Positions 39,901 through 48,582 of a stretch of DNA of 64,000 nt are shown one piece after another (positions within the stretch are counted from its first letter, which is position 1; each line of letters begins with the position of its first letter). The notes under the pieces are model-generated. The model was not told the DNA's origin. It did not search any database and saw nothing but the letters and a program-made list of their open reading frames with translations. This stretch comes from Acidobacteriota bacterium. Its GTDB lineage: Bacteria; Acidobacteriota; UBA6911; RPQK01; JAPXNP01. The stretch spans positions 12,204 to 76,203 of the forward strand of contig JARRKC010000020.1 in NCBI GenBank assembly GCA_037388505.1, written 5' to 3'. A program made the translations under genes and the position numbers.

Positions 39901-41661
39901 GACGTCGTGTTCGAGGACCCAAATCTCGAAGCCGTCGTCCACGAAACTCTCGGCCTGGCCCCGGATGTCCCCGTCGCCTGCGAGTGGGCGGCGAGTGTGG
40001 ATTACCTGAATGCATCCGGACGCAACATCCGGACACTCACCGGTCTGGATGCTTTCACCGGTCTATTCATGCTTGCTCTCGAGAACAATCAGATCGGCGA
40101 GCTGGCTCCGCTTGCGGGCCTCAATCGTCTCAAATACCTCTATCTCTCCCGGAATCAGATCAGCCACCTCGAGCCACTGGCGAGTCTCACCCGGCTCTTT
40201 CGGCTCGAACTGGCCGACAACCGCATCCAAGACCCAACCCCACTGATCGGCCTCAGCGAGCTCGCCTTCCTTCAGTTGGACCAAAACAGAATCAGTGATC
40301 TCGAACCTCTGGCCTATTTCACTCAGCTCCTGGGTCTCGGTCTCAGCGGGAACCAGATCCACGACGCTGGGCCCCTTGGAAATCTCACACAACTCACCTC
40401 TCTGAATCTGGGTTCCAACGCAATCACCGATTTGTCGCCTTTATCCGGTCTCGTTGGATTGGAGCAACTACTGCTGGCCGACAACCAGATCCAGGATGTG
40501 ACGCCGCTGGCGGGTCTGGCTCACCTCCAATACCTCTCATTGGGCGAATTTCTCAAGGGAAACCTGGTGAGCGATCTGACGCCCCTGTCGGGGCTCTCGG
40601 AATTGTCCAGCTTGAAACTGATCGACAATCCGGTCATTGATCTGCACCCTCTAGCTGCCCTTCATCAACTCCGATTCCTGTATTTGGGCCACTACACGAC
40701 TCAGGGTCAGATCAGTGATTTGACGCCCCTGAGCGGTCTGACCGGCCTCGAGGGACTCGACCTGTCGCAGAATGACGTCAGCGACCTCGAACCTCTGGCA
40801 GGTTTCTCCCAGCTACAATGGCTCACTCTCTCGAACAATCGAGTTGGGGATTTGACGCCCCTGGAGGGGCTCATGCAACTCCGGTCCCTGACCCTGTATC
40901 AGAACGAGGTCACAGACCTTGGACCGCTGGCAGGCATGACCAAGCTGCAGTGGTTGAGCGCCGGCTCGAATCAACTCCATGATCTGACACCCTTGAGCGG
41001 CCTGAGGGAGCTCGGCTCGATCGATCTCTCGGAAAACCAGATCACGGATCTCACACCCCTGGCCGGACTGGCCGAGCTCACCCAGCTGAGCATTTCCCAT
41101 AATCAGTTCAGCGACCTGACGGCTTTGGGCGAATTGACGAAGCTCACCGTCCTCGATCTGTCGCGGAATCCGGGAATCCATGACTACCGGCCCCTTTCCG
41201 GCCTGACAGGACTCACGCAGCTTGCCCTCAGTGAAAATCGGCTCAGCTGCATTCCTCCCATCGCCGGTCTCACGGAGCTTCGAGAACTCAACCTCAGCTA
41301 TAACCAGATCTCCGATCTCAGCACCCTGGCCAACCTGAAGCACCTCTGGGGCCTCTACATGTACATGAACCAGATCCGAGACCTCAGTCCTCTAGCCGAC
41401 CTTGCTGCGCTTCAGACTCTTCTCCTCGGCCACAACCGAATCCAAAGCCTCGCGCCTTTGCAGGGCCTCGAGGCTCTGTACGACCTCGATCTTAGCTTCA
41501 ATTCAGTTGCCGATCTCGCACCGCTCGTCGCGAACCCCGGCCTCGGCCGGGGTGACTACCTGTCCATCGGCCAGAACCAACTCGATGATGACGACTGTCC
41601 CGATCTTCAGGCACTGATTCTACGCGGCGTCCAAGTCTACTCTGACGTCGTCTGCCCTTGA
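36931..41661 (+). CDS. 1576-aa secreted multidomain protein: beta-sandwich-like modules, Big_2, NHL repeats, IPT/TIG, about 27 internalin-type LRRs
   Basis: Signal peptide. Modules with FPQIGVGAGLSTRIILIN / IPQIGLGPGLTTRL starts lie around 37060-38450. A Big_2-like segment spans about 38460-38700. NHL-like YVSDADNHKIR / LWVADSADHTVGR units lie around 38700-39600. IPT/TIG spans about 39650-39880. 22-aa LxxLxxLxLxxNxIxDLxPL repeats run from about 39915 to the end. Confidence 0.85.
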   Translation: MALTIGMTRNQRGTKLIGPSLRLLAGLSVAGLLLTAVLSQDSSLEVGWAWIQMEPDHPVSATVLYSGTDGDGVVLWEAAVGAVEPVHRGRLYVETTSRTRTAVALANPGNDELALTAILRGSRGREIDRQTWTLAAGGQAAHFVDEWFDKATAGDDEFQGTLTLESNDPSSRFAAVTLRENLNGRGEPIYATLPVARLEATSSPVSIDPILVFPQIGVGAGLSTRIILINPSDTPISGWIDIFQEGDPVGPSQSAEPAMQFTFDLDADSVFGIDVVNMGGILRGYAVLHLLEGSTLPAGVALYQIQSTAKGLTEAGVPAMVPTRHVRMMVDDLAASTGIAVAPLSKAAIPVQFDLKGLDGTLIGSTEELIGPLNGARYANEIFPDLPPGFVGILEASSEETFAAVALKSSTNSRGDFVLTTLPVTDLSNAPDIDLLVIPQIGLGPGLTTRLIAVAADGSGSTRGSVHFMYPGGTPMTVPVFGTPQTRASFEIAAGGGWRFDPTVPVRAADILLDREIVMEPGQSLRLSPIVVDDRGVRHESVPLRFDAIGLDVATVDSQGTITAHKAGFASIVVGCGDVVRSTTVTVVATTNRTTAFAANHIDTDDSGRLFFSSTSNQVILRADNLQGDAVVYAGIPQTAGYRDDARLNALFDGPSFIAMDRDTDTLYVSDADNHKIRTVAPDPTADVGTLELRGPDLGRPEGLAIDREGYLWVADSADHTVGRIDLETGDYEIIAGRSGEPGYLDGTAGGARFRSPHGLAVEQESALDRWSGEALGRPEPPVRILVADTDNGVIRRITRSGPEADASWEVETVTFDLPVLEGRGDSTRLQQSAACFESPWGISADAFGDFYVSDTAMGKVSLILPIGSIVPTLPTNGTPSDLVAAPDGSLLVAEGGQGIRRLTFGSPEILDVRWLSLGSGQERITIQGLNFAPESGVLVDAQLIPDRVVVDSGRIVFDLSSADLNGARIRVQNRGGLAEFAVPSSDCQGDVVFEDPNLEAVVHETLGLAPDVPVACEWAASVDYLNASGRNIRTLTGLDAFTGLFMLALENNQIGELAPLAGLNRLKYLYLSRNQISHLEPLASLTRLFRLELADNRIQDPTPLIGLSELAFLQLDQNRISDLEPLAYFTQLLGLGLSGNQIHDAGPLGNLTQLTSLNLGSNAITDLSPLSGLVGLEQLLLADNQIQDVTPLAGLAHLQYLSLGEFLKGNLVSDLTPLSGLSELSSLKLIDNPVIDLHPLAALHQLRFLYLGHYTTQGQISDLTPLSGLTGLEGLDLSQNDVSDLEPLAGFSQLQWLTLSNNRVGDLTPLEGLMQLRSLTLYQNEVTDLGPLAGMTKLQWLSAGSNQLHDLTPLSGLRELGSIDLSENQITDLTPLAGLAELTQLSISHNQFSDLTALGELTKLTVLDLSRNPGIHDYRPLSGLTGLTQLALSENRLSCIPPIAGLTELRELNLSYNQISDLSTLANLKHLWGLYMYMNQIRDLSPLADLAALQTLLLGHNRIQSLAPLQGLEALYDLDLSFNSVADLAPLVANPGLGRGDYLSIGQNQLDDDDCPDLQALILRGVQVYSDVVCP

Positions 41662-41833
41662 GCCGAGCTTTCTCGACAGACCAGACCCCTGAGAGACTTC
41701 CCATTGGAATCCGCTTCATCCAGCGGATCTTCGAGAAGGTCGCCGTCTCCGGGTCGGGCCGATTTCCCGCGGCTTGAGCCATCGAGAAGAACGTAAACAC
41801 CACAATCATGAATGCTGCGGTGATTCCTTTCAT
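41498..41833 (-). CDS. possible small secreted protein (very uncertain)
   Basis: GGAGGAG Shine-Dalgarno 7-8 nt before the ATG at 41833 and a signal-like MKGITAAFMIVVFTFFSMAQAAG. The distal half is Arg-rich and runs antisense into the 3' end of the LRR gene. Confidence 0.2.
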   Translation of the reverse strand: MKGITAAFMIVVFTFFSMAQAAGNRPDPETATFSKIRWMKRIPMGSLSGVWSVEKARLKGRRRQSRLGRRVESVPEDRDSRHHRVGSGRWTGSHPGRGRGSRRAVRDRQLN

Positions 41834-42108
41834 TGGACTTCTCCTCCCATTGCCCCCGCCGGATCTTCCAGAGAGGGTGTTACTGGTTGTCATCACTGAC
41901 GGAATTCGCAGGGTGGAGGAGAATCTCGCAGGTCGGCAACTGATTCGGGTCAGAAACGAAAGGCTCGCCCCCGCGTGTCCTCCCAGCGCTGGACAGCCGG
42001 TCAGCGGGTGTGGACAGCCCGCGGGGGATCGGGTATCGTTCCCCTTCGTGTTTCCGCGACCCTTGGTCCCAATGTCGCCGATAGACCTCCCGAGATTGGC
42101 TGCTACTC

Positions 42109-43578
42109 ATGAATGACGTGCTTGATTTCGTGCTGACGCTGACGAACGCGGTTTCCGGCTGGATCTGGGGACTGCCGATGGTGGTCCTGCTGTTCGGAAC
42201 CGGACTGCTTCTGACCCTCCTGACCCGTTTCGTCCAGATCCGCTATTTCCGCCAGGCCGTCCATCTCGTTCTCGGTACCGGCGGGTCTTCGGATGAGAAG
42301 GCCGCATCGAAGTCGGCCGGAGACATCACTCCGTTTCAGGCCCTGATGACCGCCCTCTCCTCCACGGTGGGCAACGGGAACATCGCCGGAGTGGCCACGG
42401 CCATCGCCGCCGGCGGACCCGGTGCCGTCGTCTACATGTGGTTGACGGCGATTCTGGGAATGGCCACGACCTACTCGGAAGCGACACTGGCCATTCTCTT
42501 CAGGGTCCGGATGGAGGACGGCTCGATGGCGGGCGGCCCGATGTATTACTGCCGCTACGGGATTCGCAATCAGAAGGTTGCCGTCGTGGCCGGCGGGGTC
42601 TTTGCCGTATCCGGTGGCCTGGCCACGCTGCTGGGCACCGGCAACATGTTCCAGAGCCAGTCGATGGCACTGGCCGCCAGGCAACAGTTCGGACTTCCGG
42701 TCTGGCTGACCGGGGCGTTGGTCGCCTTTCTGGCCGGTCTGGTCATCATCGGCGGAATCAGTCGGATCGGACGCGTCGCCGAGAAGCTCGTGCCGACGAT
42801 GATCGTCTGCTATTTCCTGGGTGCGGCGGTGGTCATCCTGGCCAATTTGAGCCAGGTTCCGGCCGCCTTCGAGCTGATCTTCTACTCCGCCTGGAATCCA
42901 CAGGCGGCTTTCGGCGGCGCAGTGGGAATCGGCGTGCAGCAGGCGCTGCGCTACGGCGTGGCCCGAGGCCTGCTCTCGAATGAAGCCGGACTGGGCAGTT
43001 CTCCCATCGCTCACGGAGCGGCCCGCACTCGCTATCCCGTCTGCCAGGGCTCTATCGCCATGATGGGTGTCTTCATCGACACCATTGTCGTCTGCACGCT
43101 GACCGCCCTGGTCATCGTCATAACCGGCGCCTACCGGGGTTCCACCCTGATGGTTTCCGGGGGGTTGTCCGGAGCCGATCTCACGGTCAATGCCTTCAAC
43201 ATCGGAATGCCGGGCCCGCTCGCCGGCTGGGGCGGGACGATTGTGGTCCTTTCCTCACTCCTGTTCGGGTTCACGACTCTTCTCGGCTGGAGCTACTACG
43301 GGCAGATCTGCTGCGAATACCTGTTCGGTGTGGTTGCCGTCCGACCCTATAGAGTGGTGTTCATCATCCTGGTCTTTTTCGGCTCGCTCCTGACCGGACA
43401 TTTCGCTCCGATCATCACCAACATCGGAGACATCTTCAACGCCGTGATGGCCTTTCCCAACCTGATCGGGCTGCTGGTCTTGGCCGGCATCGTCGCCCGC
43501 GTGACCTTATCGACTTACCGAGCCAGGGACATGCGAGCAGAAACGGCGACCCCTATCGATCTGGCAGGCGAGCGCTAG
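42109..43578 (+). CDS. alanine/glycine:cation symporter (AGCS family)
   Basis: N-terminal WIWGLPMVVLLFGTGLLLT, TPFQALMTALSSTVGNGNIAGVATAI and SNEAGLGSSPIAH blocks. Confidence 0.9.
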   Translation: MNDVLDFVLTLTNAVSGWIWGLPMVVLLFGTGLLLTLLTRFVQIRYFRQAVHLVLGTGGSSDEKAASKSAGDITPFQALMTALSSTVGNGNIAGVATAIAAGGPGAVVYMWLTAILGMATTYSEATLAILFRVRMEDGSMAGGPMYYCRYGIRNQKVAVVAGGVFAVSGGLATLLGTGNMFQSQSMALAARQQFGLPVWLTGALVAFLAGLVIIGGISRIGRVAEKLVPTMIVCYFLGAAVVILANLSQVPAAFELIFYSAWNPQAAFGGAVGIGVQQALRYGVARGLLSNEAGLGSSPIAHGAARTRYPVCQGSIAMMGVFIDTIVVCTLTALVIVITGAYRGSTLMVSGGLSGADLTVNAFNIGMPGPLAGWGGTIVVLSSLLFGFTTLLGWSYYGQICCEYLFGVVAVRPYRVVFIILVFFGSLLTGHFAPIITNIGDIFNAVMAFPNLIGLLVLAGIVARVTLSTYRARDMRAETATPIDLAGER

Positions 43579-43623
43579 CCCTCGCGGGCTCATCCTTGTC
43601 AGAGTGCCCCTTCGACTGCCACA

Positions 43624-44499
43624 ATGACTGACGTGGATCTCTACCGCGAAATCGTGCGCATCCGCGAATCCGGCGACAGGGCCGCGCTGGCGACCATCAT
43701 TCGTCGGATCGGGAGTACCCCCCGCAAGGATGCCGCCAAGATGCTGATCCGGGAGGATGGAACGTCCCTCGGCTCGGTCGGAGGCGGATGTGTGGAAGCG
43801 GCAGTCTGGCAGAAGGCGACCGACGTCATTCGGTCCGGCCGTCCTCACCTCCTCGCCTTCGATCTCAATGACGACGATGCGGCCAACGACGGACTGGTCT
43901 GCGGAGGCACCGTCGAAATCTTCATCGAGCCCATCATGAGCACTGAAAAGCTGGTCATCCTCGGTGCCGGTCATCTCGGTCAGGCCATCAGCCGCCTCGC
44001 CAAACAGGTGGACTTCGACGTCACCGTCGCCGATGATCGGGAGACATTCGCCAGTCGGGAACGTTTTCCGGAAGCGGACCACCTGGCGATCACTGAATTC
44101 GGAAGCGCGTTCTCCGGAATTCAAGTCGACGCCAATACTTACATTTTGATCGTGACGCGCGGACACCATCACGACCAGATCGCCACCGAACAGGCCGTCC
44201 AGACACCCGCCCGCTACATTGGGCTCGTGGGCAGCCGTCGAAAAATCAAGATCATCGTAGAGAATCTGCTCGAGAAGGGGCTTACCGCCGATCACTTCAA
44301 GAACTTCGTAGCTCCCATCGGAATACCGATTGGCTCTGAGACGCCGGAGGAGATCGCCGTCAGCGTGGTGGCCGAACTGATTGCCGTTCGTAAAGGTGTG
44401 CACCAGCGAAGCGAGAAGCAACAGTTCATTCAGCGACTCCTCAAAGAGAAAACCAGCGAATCGGCGGCTTTGGCCCCGGCGGGGGAATCCGAGGAATGA
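43624..44499 (+). CDS. XdhC/CoxI-family accessory protein
   Basis: ALATIIRRIGSTPR...GSVGGGCVE N-domain and a Rossmann-like LVILGAGHLGQAI C-domain. Confidence 0.85.
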   Translation: MTDVDLYREIVRIRESGDRAALATIIRRIGSTPRKDAAKMLIREDGTSLGSVGGGCVEAAVWQKATDVIRSGRPHLLAFDLNDDDAANDGLVCGGTVEIFIEPIMSTEKLVILGAGHLGQAISRLAKQVDFDVTVADDRETFASRERFPEADHLAITEFGSAFSGIQVDANTYILIVTRGHHHDQIATEQAVQTPARYIGLVGSRRKIKIIVENLLEKGLTADHFKNFVAPIGIPIGSETPEEIAVSVVAELIAVRKGVHQRSEKQQFIQRLLKEKTSESAALAPAGESEE

Positions 44500-44500
44500 A

Positions 44501-45066
44501 GGCCGGGTTGGCCAGCGAATCCCACGAATGACGCCAATGGAAGCCCCGAACCTGATTCGCGGGATGAGCGTCATTCGCTAGCCCACCTGGCCGGTCCTGC
44601 CAGCTAATCTCACGAATCTCGCCAATGGAAATCCAGGACCCGATTCGCGGGATAGGCGTCATTCGCTGGCCCACTCGGCCGGTCCTGCCAGCTAATCTCA
44701 CGAATCTCGCCAATGGGAATCCAGGACCCGATTCGCGGGATGAGCGTCATTCGCTGGCCCACTTGGCCGGTCCTGCCAGCTAATCTCACGAATCTCGCCA
44801 ATGGAAACCCCGAACCTGATTCGCGGGATGGGCGTCATTCGCTAGCCCACCTGCACGGTCCCTGCCAGCCAATCTCACGAATCTCGCCAATGGGAATCCA
44901 GGACCCGATTCGCGGGATGAGCGTGATTCGCTGGCCCACTTGGCCGGTCCTGCCAGCCAATCTCACGAATCTCGCCAATGGGAATCCAGGACCCGATTCG
45001 CGGGATGAGCGTCATTCGCTGGCCAACCTGGCCGGTCTTGCCAGCCAATCTTCGCGTACGATTCGG
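44501..45066. repeat. tandem array 1: 88-bp unit (one 89-bp unit), about 6.3 copies
   Basis: Unit starts (gccagc) at 44511, 44599, 44687, 44775, 44864, 44952 and 45040. It begins 2 nt after the xdhC stop and runs into the 3' end of the tsaC-like gene. Confidence 0.9.
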
Positions 45067-45629
45067 AATGGTTGGCTGGAAGCATCCAGAACCGTCGAGG
45101 GTCGACGGGCTGGTAGCGGCCCGGCGTCGAGAAACAGGTCGACCCGGTTCCCGAAGAGCTTGCGCAACACGTCTGGAGAGCCGTCGTAGCACTCGCCTGA
45201 GCGGTTAGAGCTGGTCGAGACCAGGGGAACCCGAAGCAGTTCGAGCCAGCGCTGGAGGAACCCGGAAGCCGGCCAGCGAACGCCGAGCTTTCCACCATCG
45301 CCCTGCAGATCCTTCGGCATCTTAGGCGCCGCCTTGAATAGAACGGTCAACGGACCTGGCCAAAAATGTTCCAGCAGAGAACGCGCCTCCTTCGAAACAC
45401 CCACCGCGAGCTCCTGGAGCTGCTCCATCGAGTAGATCAACACGAGCATGCCCTTCGCCCCGGACCTCCCCTTGACAGCCAGGAGCCTTTGAACCGAGAC
45501 GGGCCTGAGCGCGTCACAACCAAGTCCGTAGATCGTGTCGGTCGGATAAAGGACGACTCCGCCGTCGCGAACGATCTGGGCGGCCCTCCGAAGTTTCTCC
45601 GGGTCAGGGTCTTGCAGGTCGATCCTCAT
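45012..45629 (-). CDS. tsaC: L-threonylcarbamoyladenylate synthase (TsaC/YwlC/Sua5 family)
   Basis: VVLYPTDTIYGLGCDA and PSTVLD motifs. GGAGG Shine-Dalgarno before the ATG at 45629. The last roughly 18 codons and the stop lie inside tandem array 1. Confidence 0.85.
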   Translation of the reverse strand: MRIDLQDPDPEKLRRAAQIVRDGGVVLYPTDTIYGLGCDALRPVSVQRLLAVKGRSGAKGMLVLIYSMEQLQELAVGVSKEARSLLEHFWPGPLTVLFKAAPKMPKDLQGDGGKLGVRWPASGFLQRWLELLRVPLVSTSSNRSGECYDGSPDVLRKLFGNRVDLFLDAGPLPARRPSTVLDASSQPFRIVREDWLARPARLASE

Positions 45630-45655
45630 CGTCCTCCAGGATACAATAGCGCTTC

Positions 45656-46429
45656 GTGTCACCTCGTCCCAGCCGCGAGATCCGCAGTTCTCAAAATCCT
45701 TCGTTCAAGAAGTGGCGGCGTTGGATTCTCAATCCTTCGGAGTCGGACTGCCCCTGCCTGCCGTTGGAAGGCGACAAACAGGTTCGCGAGCTCCTCGCGG
45801 TACGGAGGGCTCGCCTGATGATCATTTCGGAGAGCCATCGGAGCGAATGGAAAACGGATTCACAGAAAACCGTGGAGACCGTCGTACTCCCCGATCGGCT
45901 GGTGGACCAGCTCAGTCCGGTGAAAACCTCCCAGGGGATTCTCGCGTTCTTCGATAAACCTGAATGGGACTGGTCAGACATGACGCCTCACTTGGTCTAC
46001 GCCGCCGGCCTCCAGGATCCGGGGAATCTGGGAACGCTGTTCCGAACAGCCGCCGCGACGGGTCTGTTCAGTCTGGTGACGGCTCCAGGGACGGTCTCCT
46101 GCTTCAACGACAAAGTGGTCCGGGCATCAGCAGGCTATCTGTACTCAGTCCCGTTTCTGCAGGACCGTTCGCTCGAGGAGCTCAAACGCAGCGGCTACCG
46201 CCTGGTGGTCTCGGAAGCCGGCCACGGCTCCGATCTCTTTTCGTTCCACTTCCCCACCCCTATGGCAATCGTCGTCGGGCGCGAAGGAGGAGGGATCCCG
46301 AACGTGCCCGGCGACGCTGCACGAGTACGCATTCCGATGGCCGCGGGTGTGGAGAGTCTCAATGCCGCAGTAGCGGCGGCCGTGATCATGTACGAAGTCT
46401 TGCGCAGGGAACTGGGAGCGGGAGGCTAG
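45656..46429 (+). CDS. TrmH/SpoU-family RNA 2'-O-methyltransferase
   Basis: LQDPGNLGTLFRTAAATG, IVVGREGGGI and ESLNAAVAAAVIMYE motifs. The start is uncertain. Confidence 0.8.
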   Translation: MSPRPSREIRSSQNPSFKKWRRWILNPSESDCPCLPLEGDKQVRELLAVRRARLMIISESHRSEWKTDSQKTVETVVLPDRLVDQLSPVKTSQGILAFFDKPEWDWSDMTPHLVYAAGLQDPGNLGTLFRTAAATGLFSLVTAPGTVSCFNDKVVRASAGYLYSVPFLQDRSLEELKRSGYRLVVSEAGHGSDLFSFHFPTPMAIVVGREGGGIPNVPGDAARVRIPMAAGVESLNAAVAAAVIMYEVLRRELGAGG

Positions 46430-46492
46430 ATGCTGGACGCTGGAATGACCGGGACACGGTACAATTGAGCGGGACTCTCACTATGGCGCAGG

Positions 46493-47850
46493 ACCTGTTC
46501 TCAGACTTGCACGAGGAGGCTTCCCCCGGTTCGGAGGACCAAGCCGAATCCCAACCGAGACCCCTTGCCGACCGAATGCGGCCGACGACTCTCGACGAGG
46601 TCGTCGGGCAAGAACACCTGCTTGGACCGGACAAGTTTCTGCGTCAGGCCGTTCGCGCCGACCAGATCCCTTCGATGATCCTGTGGGGCCCTCCTGGCGT
46701 CGGCAAGACCACCCTCGCCCAGATCATCGCGCGCGAAACCGACGCCCACTTCATTGCCATGAGTGCGGTGCTTTCCGGCGTCAAGGACGTGAAGAAAGTC
46801 ATCGAAGAGGCGAGGTTCCAGCGCCGGACCGCGAATCGTCGCACGATCCTGTTCGTCGATGAGATCCACCGTTTCAACAAAGCCCAGCAGGATGCCTTCC
46901 TGGCTCACGTCGAAAACGGTACGTTGGTTCTGATCGGAGCCACCACCGAGAACCCCTCCTTCGAGGTGATCGCTCCCCTTCTCTCCCGAACACGGGTGCT
47001 GGTGCTGAATTCCCTGACCGATGACCAGATCGTCGAGATCCTCGACCGGGCTCTTCACGACACCGAGCGCGGTTTAGGAGGTGAGGGCATCGAAGCCGGT
47101 CCCGAGGTACTTCGGAAGCTGGCTCAATTCGCCAATGGAGACGCCCGGTCCGCCCTCAACGCGCTGGAAGTTGCTGCGCAGTTGGCCAAACAGATAAATG
47201 CCGATTCTCCGGTGATTTCCGTACAGGTTCTGGAGTCAGCACTTCAACATCGAAACCTGCTCTACGACAAGACGGGAGAGGAGCACTACAATCTCATCTC
47301 CGCTTTGCATAAGTCGTTGCGCAACAGCGATGTCGATGCTTCGCTGTATTGGCTGGCCCGCATGCTCGAGTCGGGTGAGGACCCGCTCTACGTTGCGCGC
47401 AGGATGGTCCGCTTCGCCTCCGAGGACGTCGGTATGGCCGACCCCAAGGCGCTCGGCTATGCCCTGGACGCGATGAACGCCTTTCACTTCATCGGTCTCC
47501 CCGAGGGCAAGCTGGCGCTCGCCCAGATCGCGGCTTATCTGGCACTGGCCCCAAAATCCAATGCCGTCTACCGCGCCTACCAGGAAGCGGCCGGAGACGT
47601 GGCCTCCACTCGAAACGATCCTGTTCCGCTGCACCTGCGAAACGCCCCCACCCGCTTGATGAAGGAACTGGGCTATTCGAAGGGTTACCGCTATGCGCAC
47701 GACGAGACCGCGGGCATTTCGGTCATGGAGTGTCTGCCGGAGAATCTGCGCGGTCGCCGCTACTATCACCCCACCCAGCACGGGCTGGAGAAAGCTTGGA
47801 CAGAGCGGTTGAAACAGATCGAGCAGTTGCGCCGGAAGGCTGACGAGTAG
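46493..47850 (+). CDS. rarA: replication-associated recombination protein A
   Basis: LADRMRPTTLDEVVGQEHLLG, Walker A WGPPGVGKTT and the MgsA C-terminal block YYHPTQHG. The track ORF starting at 45964 is an out-of-context upstream extension overlapping the previous gene. Confidence 0.93.
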
Positions 47851-47883
47851 GATATACTCGAATTACGCATCTGGAGACTTCCA

Positions 47884-48582
47884 ATGAAGAGAGAAATCCT
47901 TTTGATTCTGTGCTTTGGCATGCTGGCCACCCCGTCGGCCCTGGCTCAGCAAAGCGACACTCAGTCCCTGATCAGCACGGGTGTAGGGATTCGCAAGGCC
48001 CCTCCCGACCATGCAACCATTCGGCTCGGAGTCAGCCGGGACGGCATGAACGCTCAGAACGCCCAACTCTCGGTCAACACGGTCATGCAGGCCGTGCTCG
48101 CCCAACTCTCTGCGGCAGGGATCAGCCAGGACGCTGTGAGTACTTCGCGATTGCAGCTCCTCCCGACGCGGGATCCGCGGGACCGCAACCACATCACCGG
48201 ATATCGGGCCAGTCATGAAGTCACGATCGAACTCGACGACTTCGATTTGATCGCGCTCGCGATCGACCGGGCCCTCGGTGCCGGCGCCAACGAGCTGCAG
48301 GGGATCGAGTACAGTCTGACAGACGACAATTCCCTGCGCCAGGAAGCACTCGCCGACGCCGTCCGAGCAGCCCGCAACAAGGCGGATGCCATGGCATCGG
48401 CGGCCAACGTGTCGATCGGGCGGATTCTCGAGATCACCGAGTCCGGCGGAGGTTCCCAGCCTCCCTCTCCGGTCTACAGGATGGCGGCGCTGGAGAGCGC
48501 ACCGACCCCTGTTCTTCCCGGATTGGTCGAGGTGAGAGCCCAGGTCGTCGTTCACTACGAGATCGTGGAGAAGGCCAAATGA
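47884..48582 (+). CDS. SIMPL-domain (DUF541) periplasmic protein
   Basis: Signal peptide. The overall SIMPL pattern is present (GYRASHEVTIELDDFD...ALADAVRAARNKADAMA). Confidence 0.75.
   Translation: MKREILLILCFGMLATPSALAQQSDTQSLISTGVGIRKAPPDHATIRLGVSRDGMNAQNAQLSVNTVMQAVLAQLSAAGISQDAVSTSRLQLLPTRDPRDRNHITGYRASHEVTIELDDFDLIALAIDRALGAGANELQGIEYSLTDDNSLRQEALADAVRAARNKADAMASAANVSIGRILEITESGGGSQPPSPVYRMAALESAPTPVLPGLVEVRAQVVVHYEIVEKAK

Noticed and set aside
41880-42108. Glycine riboswitch upstream of the alanine/glycine symporter
   Set aside because: GGAGGAG, GGCAAC and GGACAG words are present. The conserved CACCGAAGGGGCAA core and the CUCUGGAGAG / CUCAGGCAAAAGGAC arrangement are not, and the order does not fit the aptamer.
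44441-45298. CRISPR array, or real genes among the many overlapping ORFs in tandem array 1 (for example 44713..45189 plus strand, 44875..45192 minus strand)
   Set aside because: Entire 88-bp units repeat with no unique spacers. The period is not divisible by 3, so the 'proteins' change frame each unit. ORFs are open on both strands simply because the unit lacks stop triplets.
45964-46492. N-terminal 176-aa extension of the rarA ORF
   Set aside because: It overlaps the TrmH-family gene in another frame and is Arg/Gly/Ser-rich. The conserved RarA sequence starts at the ATG at 46493.
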